DNA of 64,000 nt from Cyanobacteria bacterium auto_48_18 (GTDB lineage: Bacteria; Cyanobacteriota; Vampirovibrionia; Obscuribacterales; Obscuribacteraceae), in assembly GCA_036170915.1 (NCBI GenBank), contig JAVHQC010000006.1, forward strand, positions 64,001-128,000, written 5' to 3'. Below are positions 55,355-64,000 of this stretch, piece by piece (positions within the stretch are counted from its first letter, which is position 1; each line of letters opens with the position of its first letter). Made by a program: the position numbers and the translations under genes. The notes beneath the pieces are model-generated. The model had not been told where the DNA came from and searched no databases. It was given only the letters and a program-made list of their open reading frames with translations.

Positions 55355-58015
55355 ATGCGTGATTTTCAAATCAAAAGCAAAACTGCCGCTCTGGCCCTCA
55401 CCGTTCTTTTGAGCGCGTCTGCAGGCAGCTTTGTATTCGGGCAAGAGTCTGTCTGGCAGGCTCTCTTTGCTTCTGGCGCTAATGCCGCGCAGGCTCGTAA
55501 CTGGCCCGAAGCCGAGAAGCACTTAACTGCCGCGTGGAATTCTGCCAACGAATTTGAAAACAGCGATCCACGAAAGGCAAAGACCTTGAGGGCGCTAGCT
55601 GGAGTCTACTCAGCATCAGGCAACTATGTTGCTGCCGAAAGTCATTATCAACAGTTGCTCAAATTAGATGATGGCGCCACCGACGCCGTGCGATTTGTCG
55701 ATTTGCGCGCCCTCAATCATGTGCTCGTGGCCGCAGGCAAATTTGCCGACGCTGAAAAAATCCTTCAACAACAACAAGAGATTGCCGAAAAGCTCAATGA
55801 AAGCAATGCCAGGGCCTCTGTCTGTACCGATCTTGCCATGCTCTATCAGCGCACCGGGTCCATTGGCAAAGTCGAAACCCTGTTGTTACAAGCCATAAAA
55901 CTGAAAGAGCAAGATCACAGCAAGAGCGATGCTGCTGTTCTAATTGCTCAAGAACGTCTGGCTGACTTTTATTTGAGCCAGGGCCGCCTCTCAGAAGCAG
56001 AGACCCTTTATACACTGGCAACGACTCAGCGTCAGATTATTAACGCTAAAGACTTATCTCTTTCAAAAAATCTAGCTAGCCTGGCAGTTTTATATCAGAA
56101 GCAAGGCAAGGATGCTAAGGCCGACAGTACCTCTAAACAAGCCATTGCTGAGGTTGAAAAACAATTTGGACAATCGCAAGAATTGGCTGCCGCTCTTGTT
56201 GTTCGCGGCCGGCTGCTCAGTGAAAATCGCCCTGACCTGGCAATTATTGTTTTGCAAAAAGCACTGCAAATTCGCCTCAAAGAAGCAACTTCCGACGATC
56301 AGCAATTGAGCGCAACACTGCTGGCGCTGGGCAATGCTTATCTTGAGTGTGACAATTATAGAGCGACAGAAAAAAGTGTAAAACAAGCCCTGGCTATTGA
56401 TGAAAGGGCCGCGGGAAGAAAGTCACCGGCAGTGGTGCTCGACTTAACTACCCTGGGGCAGTTGTATCTGCGCCAGGGTAAATATTCACTTTCAGAACAA
56501 GTCTATAAAGAAGCGTTGGAAATCTCCAGGGCCATCCACGGCGATGAGCATCCTGAAGTCGCCACCTGCATGAACAATCTCGCTTTCCTTTACGGCAACA
56601 TGGGCCACCTTGATCAAGCGCAGGCCTTACTGACTCAGGCACTGGCTGTGCGAGAGAAAGTTTATGGTAAATCGCACATTCAAGTAGCGCAAAATCTGGT
56701 CAATCTTGCCGACATTCTGGTGCGGAATGATCAAAAATCTAAAGCGGTACCACTTCTGGTGCGTGCTCTAGCAATTGAAGAGCAATCGCTTGGCGCTGAC
56801 CATGACTATGTAGCGCTTATATTGCGCGAACTGATTGATATCATGAAAGATGATAATGCCCAGTTAGACGCGGCCGAACAATACGCCAGGAGCCTGTTGG
56901 CCCGTGATCAGCGCCTCACCAGTGACAGTAATTTGTTAGTCGCTCGTGATCTCGAAATTCTCGCTAAAGTGCTTATTTCTGCAAATAAAACTGCTGAAGC
57001 AAAACCGCTAATTGCCCAAGCGCGGTCAATTGAAAAAGCAGAGAAGGGTCTTTATTTTGAGCAGAATCAGCCGGCGGTTGTCGCTGCTCCTGCCGGAGCA
57101 AAACCTATTCAAGATAAATGGGCGCTGGTAGTAGGTATCAGTAGTTTCCAAGATTCGTCGTTGAATTTGCGATTTGCCGCTAAAGACGCCATCGACTTCA
57201 AAAATTTCCTCATTACTCGTGCCAATTTTCAGCCTGACCATGTCAAATTGATTACCGATCAAGACGCCACCCGGTCAAATATTGTGGCCCTACTTGGCGA
57301 CAAGTGGTTGAAACATGTCGTCAAGAAGGATGATATGGCTGTGATTTATATTTCCAGCCACGGTACTCAGGCCGCCAGCCAGGTTGGCGGAGCCAATTTT
57401 ATTGTGCCTTATGAAGGTAACGCCCAGAACATCGTCTTTTCTGGTATTCCCATGCAGTGGCTGGTGGCCGGTCTTAAAGATCTGGTGCATTCTGATCGTA
57501 TCTGTGTGTTTTTAGACGTTTGCCACGGTGGCGCGGCTGCCAACAGCGAAGTGCTCAAAGAAAAGTCTGCCTATTCAGAGCCTGCTGAAACTGCGCAATC
57601 ACCTGGAGAATCTGGTGGTAAGGGCATCTATCGCATTCGCAATATTACTGCCGAGACCTTAGTCTCGCCGCCGGGGCAAATTGTGGTTGCAGCCAGTCAA
57701 GCCGATCAGATATCCTGGGAGTCAAAGCGCTATTCTAATGGCGTGTTTACTCGGCGGCTGATAGAAGGTCTGACCTTAAACGGTGCCGACACTACTCTCA
57801 ACCAGGCTTTTAATTATTTAAAAGAGCAGGTTGAAGAGGAAGTATTGAGAGATCGCACTCAATTGCAAGCACCGGTGGTAGTACCAAAACTCGGTCTCGA
57901 TAATGAACCAAAATTAGGCACTAAACCGGCAAATCCACGTAGCCCTGCAGAAATTTTAGCTAAGCCCTCAGGCACTAAGGCATCCAGCTCATCGGTCACT
58001 GTTAAGAAGCAATAG
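55355..58015 (+). CDS. Secreted TPR + caspase-like (C14) protease with an intact His/Cys dyad
   Basis: Signal peptide, kinesin-light-chain-type TPRs (HPEVATCMNNLAFLY), KWALVVGIS, ISSHG, LDVCHGG and NGVFT..LIEGL. Confidence 0.88.
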   Translation: MRDFQIKSKTAALALTVLLSASAGSFVFGQESVWQALFASGANAAQARNWPEAEKHLTAAWNSANEFENSDPRKAKTLRALAGVYSASGNYVAAESHYQQLLKLDDGATDAVRFVDLRALNHVLVAAGKFADAEKILQQQQEIAEKLNESNARASVCTDLAMLYQRTGSIGKVETLLLQAIKLKEQDHSKSDAAVLIAQERLADFYLSQGRLSEAETLYTLATTQRQIINAKDLSLSKNLASLAVLYQKQGKDAKADSTSKQAIAEVEKQFGQSQELAAALVVRGRLLSENRPDLAIIVLQKALQIRLKEATSDDQQLSATLLALGNAYLECDNYRATEKSVKQALAIDERAAGRKSPAVVLDLTTLGQLYLRQGKYSLSEQVYKEALEISRAIHGDEHPEVATCMNNLAFLYGNMGHLDQAQALLTQALAVREKVYGKSHIQVAQNLVNLADILVRNDQKSKAVPLLVRALAIEEQSLGADHDYVALILRELIDIMKDDNAQLDAAEQYARSLLARDQRLTSDSNLLVARDLEILAKVLISANKTAEAKPLIAQARSIEKAEKGLYFEQNQPAVVAAPAGAKPIQDKWALVVGISSFQDSSLNLRFAAKDAIDFKNFLITRANFQPDHVKLITDQDATRSNIVALLGDKWLKHVVKKDDMAVIYISSHGTQAASQVGGANFIVPYEGNAQNIVFSGIPMQWLVAGLKDLVHSDRICVFLDVCHGGAAANSEVLKEKSAYSEPAETAQSPGESGGKGIYRIRNITAETLVSPPGQIVVAASQADQISWESKRYSNGVFTRRLIEGLTLNGADTTLNQAFNYLKEQVEEEVLRDRTQLQAPVVVPKLGLDNEPKLGTKPANPRSPAEILAKPSGTKASSSSVTVKKQ

Positions 58016-58023
58016 GAGAAATT

Positions 58024-59058
58024 ATGAAACTGGTAAATAGCGTTGGCAACGGTGGCAGAAATATGTTTACTACTCGTCGAACAGTTGCCGCCGCCTTGCT
58101 TGTGGCGCTGCTGGCTGCCTCGCTTCCTGTTGCTCCGGCTCAAGCATTCTGGCCATTTTCAAAGAAACATTCTGCCGACAACAAACGTAAGAAAAGAAAT
58201 TTGCACGGCACACAAGTTGGCCTCGTGCCTGGTAATCCACCAGCAATTTACTGGCAGGCGAAAAAACCTAAGGCCGTAATTTTGGCACTGCACGAGCTTG
58301 GTCTTTATAGTGGCTGCTTCGACGACCTCGGCCAGCGTATGGCTGAAAAAGACATTTCTGTCTACGCCATTGACTTGCGCGGCTTTGGTGGATGGCGTGA
58401 AATGGACAAAAAAGAAAGCAAAATGGATTTGAAAAAGACATTAGCTGACGTCAAAGGTTCTTGTGAAGAAATACGCAAACTTCATCCGGACGTACCTGTT
58501 TTCATTCTCGGTGAGGCCATGGGTGGTGCTCTGGCACTGCAAGCCGCAAGCGAATATCCAACCTTAATTAACGGCATCATCTCAGCTGCCCCTGGTGGCG
58601 ATCACTTTAAGTCAGTGAACAATTTCATGAACGTTGGATTAGGCATGGCTGTAGGCTCTAAGCATGCGTTTGGTTTGGGCGAAAAACTGATGGATGTGGC
58701 CACACCAAAGCAAGAATTGAAAGCAGCACTTAGTGACGACGACATGGTGCGCATGGACGTTACTGCAGGCGAAATGGTGGCCTGCCAGTTCTTTATGTAC
58801 AAGACTAAAGCGATGGCAAAAGAAATTAAAAACATGCCTGTGCTGATTGTGCACGGCGACAAAGATGGCGAATCTAAGCTTGTTGGTTCAGAAAGCGTCT
58901 ATAAAAATCTGGCCACTAAAGACAAAAAGTTTGTGCGTTTGCCAGAAGGCGACCACTACACCTTTGAAGATGTAAAAGTGGCAGATGATGCTTTTGGCAC
59001 AGCTCTGGCGTTCATTGACGAACATACCAGCGGCAATGCACCGGCTAAAGCGGAATAG
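58024..59058 (+). CDS. Secreted alpha/beta hydrolase-fold protein with the nucleophile Ser replaced by Ala
   Basis: Signal peptide, ALHELG, DLRGFG, GEAMGG, GDKDG and GDHY. It is a paralog of 38829-40580. Confidence 0.85.
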   Translation: MKLVNSVGNGGRNMFTTRRTVAAALLVALLAASLPVAPAQAFWPFSKKHSADNKRKKRNLHGTQVGLVPGNPPAIYWQAKKPKAVILALHELGLYSGCFDDLGQRMAEKDISVYAIDLRGFGGWREMDKKESKMDLKKTLADVKGSCEEIRKLHPDVPVFILGEAMGGALALQAASEYPTLINGIISAAPGGDHFKSVNNFMNVGLGMAVGSKHAFGLGEKLMDVATPKQELKAALSDDDMVRMDVTAGEMVACQFFMYKTKAMAKEIKNMPVLIVHGDKDGESKLVGSESVYKNLATKDKKFVRLPEGDHYTFEDVKVADDAFGTALAFIDEHTSGNAPAKAE

Positions 59059-59089
59059 CTAAAAGTCGTTTGTGTTCTAAAAGGTAAAA

Positions 59090-59164
59090 TGGTGCACGAG
59101 GAGAGATTCGAACTCTCGACCAAGCGCTTAAGAGGCGCGTGCTCTACCGCTGAGCTACTCATGC
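59090..59164 (-). tRNA. tRNA-Lys (anticodon CTT) with encoded CCA
   Basis: Minus strand GCATGAGTAGCTCAGCGGTAGAGCACGCGCCTCTTAAGCGCTTGGTCGAGAGTTCGAATCTCTCCTCGTGCACCA folds as a cloverleaf with a TTCGAAT T-loop. Confidence 0.95.
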
Positions 59165-59489
59165 AAAAAAAGGCCAACAATTGGCCTGCTCAATCATTAT
59201 AAACTGATTCAGTGGAGTCTGAGCCCTTAGACCTGCATCATTTAAGCAGGTGGTCCGTAAATTGTTGCATTGCTTTTACAAATATCAAATCGAAGAGCGC
59301 TTGCACTACATGTGGTGCAATTTCCCTTAGATTTATCCCTTACAGCTGCCTAACTTTCAATGATTGAAAAGTGCTGCTCGAATTTATCAACACTTTGACA
59401 ACTCTTTGTTTGCAGAATTTTCCAGGAAAAAACTATTCAATCTGGTCAGTGTCTGGTCTAATAGTGTTGAATGTGCAACCATTGAACGA

Positions 59490-59516
59490 ATCGAAGAAAT
59501 CGAAGAAATCGAAGAA
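59490..59516 (+). repeat. ATCGAAGAA x3 tandem repeat just upstream of an RBS
   Basis: Perfect 9-nt triple repeat. Confidence 0.85.
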
Positions 59517-59533
59517 ATGAACAGGAGCAAACC

Positions 59534-59794
59534 GTGGACATCCATGAATTGGCGAGATTGCAACAACAGAGTGACAGCGATCACGTCATGGTTGAAGTTG
59601 AAGACACGATAAAAGCGGGCAAGCCACGCTGTTTTCTTTCTGCCGATCGCAATGCGCCCGACACTGTGACGTTGCATCGCTATCGCGATGGCGGCACGCT
59701 GCTTCGAATTTTAGATTTGAATACAGAACGCGGCCTCAAAAGGCTGACAGAGCTTAATGTTGTGTCCGCCCCAGGTGGCGATCGCTCCTTTTAG
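59534..59794 (+). CDS. Hypothetical protein (86 aa)
   Basis: AGGAG RBS before a GTG start. Confidence 0.6.
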   Translation: MDIHELARLQQQSDSDHVMVEVEDTIKAGKPRCFLSADRNAPDTVTLHRYRDGGTLLRILDLNTERGLKRLTELNVVSAPGGDRSF

Positions 59795-59889
59795 ACTTTC
59801 CCTTTATAAATCTCTCAGGTTGTCAGTACGTTCGTCGGTGGCGATACTGTGGGAACAACTTCAGGCATCTGCGGTCTACTTTGAAAATC

Positions 59890-59909
59890 ATCAGAATTAA
59901 ACTTCTGAT
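59890..59909. promoter_or_regulatory. Inverted repeat ATCAGAA-N6-TTCTGAT upstream of the Rrf2 gene (possible operator)
   Basis: Perfect 7-bp inverted repeat ending 17 nt before the start codon. Confidence 0.35.
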
Positions 59910-59926
59910 TGACCGGAGTGGACACC

Positions 59927-60382
59927 ATGATTTCTCATACCGCTGAATACGCGCTGCGTGCAGTAATTTTCCTGGCTCAGGATTATCGCGGAGCGCACAC
60001 TGCGCAGGAGATTTCTCAGGCCACTCATGTTCCTCTGCCTTACTTGTCGAAAATTCTTAACGGTCTTGTGCGCACCACCCTGGTCACCTCACAGCGCGGC
60101 CTGGGCGGTGGATTTGCCCTGGCGGCTAATCCGAATAAACTTAGCTTGCTGACGATTATTGACGCTGTAGAACCAATTAAGCTTTGTGAGCAGTGTCCCA
60201 CCGGTTTGGGGCGAAAAAGGGGCAATAGCTGCCCTCTGCACGCTCTTTTAAATCAATCTGTGGAGCAAACCAGGGCAATTTTCGCTCAATCAACTGTGGG
60301 CGATTTACTTACCCAAGATAAACAAGCCAGGCAAAAACTTTGTGTTTTAACTAATGGCGCTAAATCAGTAAAGCGCAGCTAA
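59927..60382 (+). CDS. Rrf2-family transcriptional regulator
   Basis: MISHTAEYALRA, YLSKIL and SQRGLGGGF. Three C-terminal Cys (CEQC..CPLH) suggest Fe-S binding. Confidence 0.92.
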   Translation: MISHTAEYALRAVIFLAQDYRGAHTAQEISQATHVPLPYLSKILNGLVRTTLVTSQRGLGGGFALAANPNKLSLLTIIDAVEPIKLCEQCPTGLGRKRGNSCPLHALLNQSVEQTRAIFAQSTVGDLLTQDKQARQKLCVLTNGAKSVKRS

Positions 60383-60407
60383 TTCCTATTACGTATCATA
60401 TACAAAT

Positions 60408-61103
60408 TTAGGCAACGTGAACAATCGGACGTTTATCAGGTTCGCGCTCGTGCTCGCGTAATATTTCTCTGATCAAAGGAGCCGTTCCACCTTCACCGAA
60501 AAAGGCGTACTTGAGCGCGTAGGCCAGGGGATGACCTTCACTCCAGGAAAGGTAAATGTGAGGATTTTCGTGCTCTAAATCACGCAGATGCAGCAGCAGG
60601 GCGGCTATGGCATTGGCGGCAGCCGGTGACTTGCAGCGAAGCACGCGAAAATTCCCCTCAAGATGACCCGTGACAGTCAGACTGTCTTGATTCTCGGCCA
60701 GTATTGGTATTACTTCCACAAAAATAAAATCGCCTTCGTCTGCCTGAATGCTGTGTTTTCGCCTGGCGTCTTGCTGGATTTGTTCGTAATTTTTGTGGCC
60801 ATATCTCTGGGCCAATAGTCTAATGACGCCTAGATGTTTGGCGCCGGCTTCATCAACGAAACCTTTGGCCAGGTCGTCGAGTTGCACCGTTACGACTCGG
60901 CTTTCTCTTTTGCGCATGTACAGAGCCACGGTCACTACCAGAAAGATTGCCACTATGGCACCTGTAACCAGGCCGTCTGCCTCATCGAGATACCAGCCTA
61001 AAACACAGAGGGAAAGCACGGCAAAAAAGAGGCTCAAACCGATTAGCGATCGGCGTGTATAAACATTGAGCAGTATTTTTTGATTCTGGTTGTTGTCTGT
61101 CAT
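60408..61103 (-). CDS. Short paralog of the C-terminal region of the adjacent transporter (2 TM + cytoplasmic domain)
   Basis: Shares HSIQA.EG.FIF.EV, VLRCKS.A..NAIAA.LLH.RD, PH.YL.W.EGHP, FFGEG.TA and P.VHVA with 61118-63112. Confidence 0.8.
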   Translation of the reverse strand: MTDNNQNQKILLNVYTRRSLIGLSLFFAVLSLCVLGWYLDEADGLVTGAIVAIFLVVTVALYMRKRESRVVTVQLDDLAKGFVDEAGAKHLGVIRLLAQRYGHKNYEQIQQDARRKHSIQADEGDFIFVEVIPILAENQDSLTVTGHLEGNFRVLRCKSPAAANAIAALLLHLRDLEHENPHIYLSWSEGHPLAYALKYAFFGEGGTAPLIREILREHEREPDKRPIVHVA

Positions 61104-61117
61104 AAAGTTGTGTCTGA

Positions 61118-63112
61118 TCAGGCTACGTGAACTAGTGGTCTTTTGATATCATTCGGCTCAGTGTTGCGAATGATTTCTCGCGTCAGGGTGGCAGTTTCAC
61201 CCTCACCGAAAAATATGAACTTGAAGGTATAAACAATAGGGTGGCCTTCTGTCCAGCCCAAATAAACGTGCGGATTCTTTTTGGTTTTATCGCGAATGTG
61301 CAACAAGATTGCGGCAATGGCATTTGGCACAGCCAGGCTCTTACAACGCAGCACATGGTGGCCGTCAATTTCATGACCCGTCACTTCCAGTACGGTGTCA
61401 GAAAATTCTGAGACATCTTCTGTTTCAACTTCGAGGAAAATAAAATTGCCTTCGCGAGCCTGTATGCTGTGAATCATGCGGGCATGCGCTTCTTTCTCGC
61501 TGAGATCGGTGCTACCGGCGCGGCTGGCCAATAAGCGAATTTCGCCCCAGTGACTTTTGCAGGCAGCATTGATAAATTCAGTGGCTTTTTTATCGAGAGT
61601 TACAGTTTCTACTCGAAGCTCAGTAGAGCGGAAAGCTCGTGAAACAAACGAAGTCACCAGAATGCTGAAGACAAAGAACAGGGCGATGCGAACGCCTTCT
61701 GGTTTCTGAGTAATATTGACGATGGATGTCCAGATAAAAACAATACTGATAATTGAAAAAAGATACTTTTTAGGCAGACGAGTTTGCCATGATGTAATTG
61801 CTGAGGCTAGAGCAGCTGATGTAATCAACACCAGCACACCTGTGGCATAGGCCCCGGCCTGCGCGTCGACGTCGGCCTTGAATATAATCGTGACACCATA
61901 GGCGATGGCGGTGAAAAACATCACCAGGGGGCGCACAGCACCGGCCCATTCAGGTGCCATACCATAGCGAGGCAAATAGCGCGGCACCAGACTGAGCAAA
62001 CCAGCGATTGCCGAAGCGCCTGCAAACCAGAGAATCATTATGGTGCTGAAATCGTAAAAGGTGCCAAAAATTTCGCCCAGATGTGTGTGGGCCAGATAGG
62101 CCAGTGCTCGACCGTTGGCTTCGCCGCCTTCTTTATACAACTCAGCAGGAATGAGTAGCGTGGTGACCATGCTTGATGCCACCAGGTAATAACTCATAAT
62201 CAATGCGGCGGTGGTGAGTAAGTGTTTGGCATTGCGAATGCGCCCTGCCGGATTTTGCGGCGTGTCTGTGGCATCGCCGCGCACCATGGGCATCACCGCA
62301 ACGCCTGTTTCAAAACCCGACAAACCGAGAGCTAAGCTCGGAAAAAGCAGGCACGCGGTAGTGAGCATATTGAAGCCGTTGCCAAAATTGGTCACCAGTT
62401 TCTGCACCCAGTCGTTTAATAGCGCAGGGTGTGTTGCAATCTGCCACAAGCCCCAACCGACAATAACATTGGTCAAAAGCAGATAGATGCCGACGATCCA
62501 GACTGAGATACCAATAGCTTCTTTGAAGCCTTTGAGAAAAACGGCACCAAGGGTGGTTATTAATAGCAGAGTAACCAAGACTCTATTTTTCTGATGCATC
62601 CAGAATGGAATCAGTGGGTTTTCAAGTATATGCGCGGTGGCGTCCGCTGCCGATAGAGTGATTGTGATGATAAAACCGGTGGCGGCAAAGCCAAGTAAAA
62701 GCAAAACAATGGTTTTACCCCACCAGCCTGGCAGAAGGCCTTCTAGCATTGACACTGAGCCCTGGCCGTTCGGGCTGCGTTCGGCCACGAAGCAGTAGGC
62801 GGGAAGAGCACCGAAAAGTGTAACGATTACCAGCACAAGAGTAGCTACCGGCGACAAAATATTGGCCGCCAGAAAAGCAATGCCTGGTTGATACCCGAGG
62901 GTAGAGAAGTAATCTACGCCTGTCAGGCACATCACTTTCCACCAGGCATCTGTGTGATGCGTCTGGCTGTCCTTGTTCTTGAGGCCTTCCAGTAGCCACT
63001 TTTCAAATTTGTCAGGTTTCTTGGCGGCCAAGTTTAGCTCCCTTATCAACTGTAAGAGTATATCTTGCTCTGAGGGCTCAATGCTTATGTTTGCTCTGTT
63101 TACAAGAGGCAC
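61118..63112 (-). CDS. APC-superfamily (amino acid/ion) transporter
   Basis: [33 protein letters not shown], many TM helices and a cytoplasmic C-terminal domain. Confidence 0.85.
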   Translation of the reverse strand: MPLVNRANISIEPSEQDILLQLIRELNLAAKKPDKFEKWLLEGLKNKDSQTHHTDAWWKVMCLTGVDYFSTLGYQPGIAFLAANILSPVATLVLVIVTLFGALPAYCFVAERSPNGQGSVSMLEGLLPGWWGKTIVLLLLGFAATGFIITITLSAADATAHILENPLIPFWMHQKNRVLVTLLLITTLGAVFLKGFKEAIGISVWIVGIYLLLTNVIVGWGLWQIATHPALLNDWVQKLVTNFGNGFNMLTTACLLFPSLALGLSGFETGVAVMPMVRGDATDTPQNPAGRIRNAKHLLTTAALIMSYYLVASSMVTTLLIPAELYKEGGEANGRALAYLAHTHLGEIFGTFYDFSTIMILWFAGASAIAGLLSLVPRYLPRYGMAPEWAGAVRPLVMFFTAIAYGVTIIFKADVDAQAGAYATGVLVLITSAALASAITSWQTRLPKKYLFSIISIVFIWTSIVNITQKPEGVRIALFFVFSILVTSFVSRAFRSTELRVETVTLDKKATEFINAACKSHWGEIRLLASRAGSTDLSEKEAHARMIHSIQAREGNFIFLEVETEDVSEFSDTVLEVTGHEIDGHHVLRCKSLAVPNAIAAILLHIRDKTKKNPHVYLGWTEGHPIVYTFKFIFFGEGETATLTREIIRNTEPNDIKRPLVHVA

Positions 63113-63221
63113 TAAATATCTTTGAATCTGTTATTAGTAGATGCATATGTAGATTTAAGCGGGTGGCGGAGACTTTCAAATGTTTAGCGGCGGCCCGCCT
63201 GTCCACTTAATGTGGTCTAGC

Positions 63222-64000
63222 ATGTATAACTCCGATAAAGCCAAGCTCAAGCGTAAGGTTGAGTGGCGGCGTATTGCCGCGCTTTTTGCCCCTTACTGGA
63301 AGCTCGAGCTTGCCGTAATCGGGTCCATTATTGTTTCATCAACCCTGGGCCTCGCCCCGCCGCTGCTTACACTGGCCATTATCGACAAAGCTCTACCGAG
63401 CCACAACTTTCCCCTTCTTTGCTGGCTGGTGGCGGCTATGGTGGCATCAGCCTTTCTTGCCGGGCTGGTTGGGGTCTATCAAGGATATTTAAATTCGAAA
63501 GTGGGCGAAGGTATTGTGCGTGACTTGCACACTAACTTAGTTTCGCATCTGCATCGTATGCCTGTTTCATTTTTTACCAGTACTAAGACCGGCGAAATCA
63601 TGAATCGCGTCAGCAGCGATGTGGAAAGTGTTGACGGCGTGATTACTGGCACCATTGTATCCATTGCTACGAATATCATTACTATTATTACTACACTGAT
63701 AGCCATATTCGCACTCAATGTTAGCCTTGCGGTGGTCTCGATTGTAGTAGTGCCACTGATGGTAGTACCGCTCTGGCCTGTGGGCCGTCGCATGTATGAC
63801 GCCCGCAAAAAGACGAGAACCAAACGCGATCAAATTCAAGCTGCTACTCAGGAGACTCTTTCTGTCTCGGGTACTGTTCTGGTTAAGTCATTTGTCAAAG
63901 AAGATTATGAACGTAAGCGCTTTTATAATCTGGCTTCAGAACTGATGGATTTAGAAATAAATGTAGCGATGATCGGCCGCTGGTTTATGATGGCAATTAC
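63222..64000 (+). CDS. ABC transporter permease/ATP-binding protein (MsbA-like exporter), 3'-truncated by the window
   Basis: My translation from the ATG at 63222 (MYNSDKAKLKRKVEWRRIAALFAPYW...) gives TM helices and HLHRMPVSFFTSTKTGEIMNRVSSDV..TQETLSVSG, typical of an ABC_membrane domain. It is absent from the ORF track because it has no stop in the window. Confidence 0.9.
   Translation, partial: MYNSDKAKLKRKVEWRRIAALFAPYWKLELAVIGSIIVSSTLGLAPPLLTLAIIDKALPSHNFPLLCWLVAAMVASAFLAGLVGVYQGYLNSKVGEGIVRDLHTNLVSHLHRMPVSFFTSTKTGEIMNRVSSDVESVDGVITGTIVSIATNIITIITTLIAIFALNVSLAVVSIVVVPLMVVPLWPVGRRMYDARKKTRTKRDQIQAATQETLSVSGTVLVKSFVKEDYERKRFYNLASELMDLEINVAMIGRWFMMAI

Noticed and set aside
59090..59164. tRNA-Lys as an integration site for an island or prophage
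   Set aside because: I saw no integrase, no duplicated tRNA 3' end and no phage genes in the window.
109..63839. Numerous 60-200-aa antisense or alternate-frame ORFs overlapping real genes (e.g. 25085-25675, 28852-29334, 63263-63523)
   Set aside because: These are shadow ORFs with no recognisable motifs, lying inside well-supported CDSs.

Overview
Gene-dense bacterial chromosomal window. I found no rRNA, CRISPR array, integrase or transposase. The protein repertoire includes Hanks-type kinases with LRRs or zinc ribbons, many TPR proteins, secreted caspase-TPR proteins and LysM-tailed low-complexity proteins. This resembles Candidatus Melainabacteria (Obscuribacterales-like), which is an inference only. 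Recognisable genes are a MoxR/DUF58/transglutaminase triad, a GS-like plus amidohydrolase pair, ppk1, rtcB, a sigma-70 factor, a LOV histidine kinase, an OmpR-family regulator, ribokinase, a FadJ/FadB-like enzyme, an old yellow enzyme, a dnaK paralog, a nuclease-XPD/DinG helicase with a DEDDh-GIY-YIG gene, tRNA-Lys(CTT), an Rrf2 regulator, APC-type transporters and a partial ABC transporter. The most notable observation is two paralogous secreted caspase-TPR + alpha/beta-hydrolase gene pairs with reciprocal catalytic inactivation. One pair has a dead caspase and a live hydrolase, the other a live caspase and a dead hydrolase. Other observations include a LOV kinase / divergent sigma / OmpR cluster with a recurring 11-bp-period TCAC direct repeat upstream of several genes, and a structured, promoter-driven rtcB leader with unannotated small ORFs. 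There is also an annexin-esterase fusion and a cluster of apparent pseudoenzymes. All calls come from visual motif recognition, and no database searches were run.
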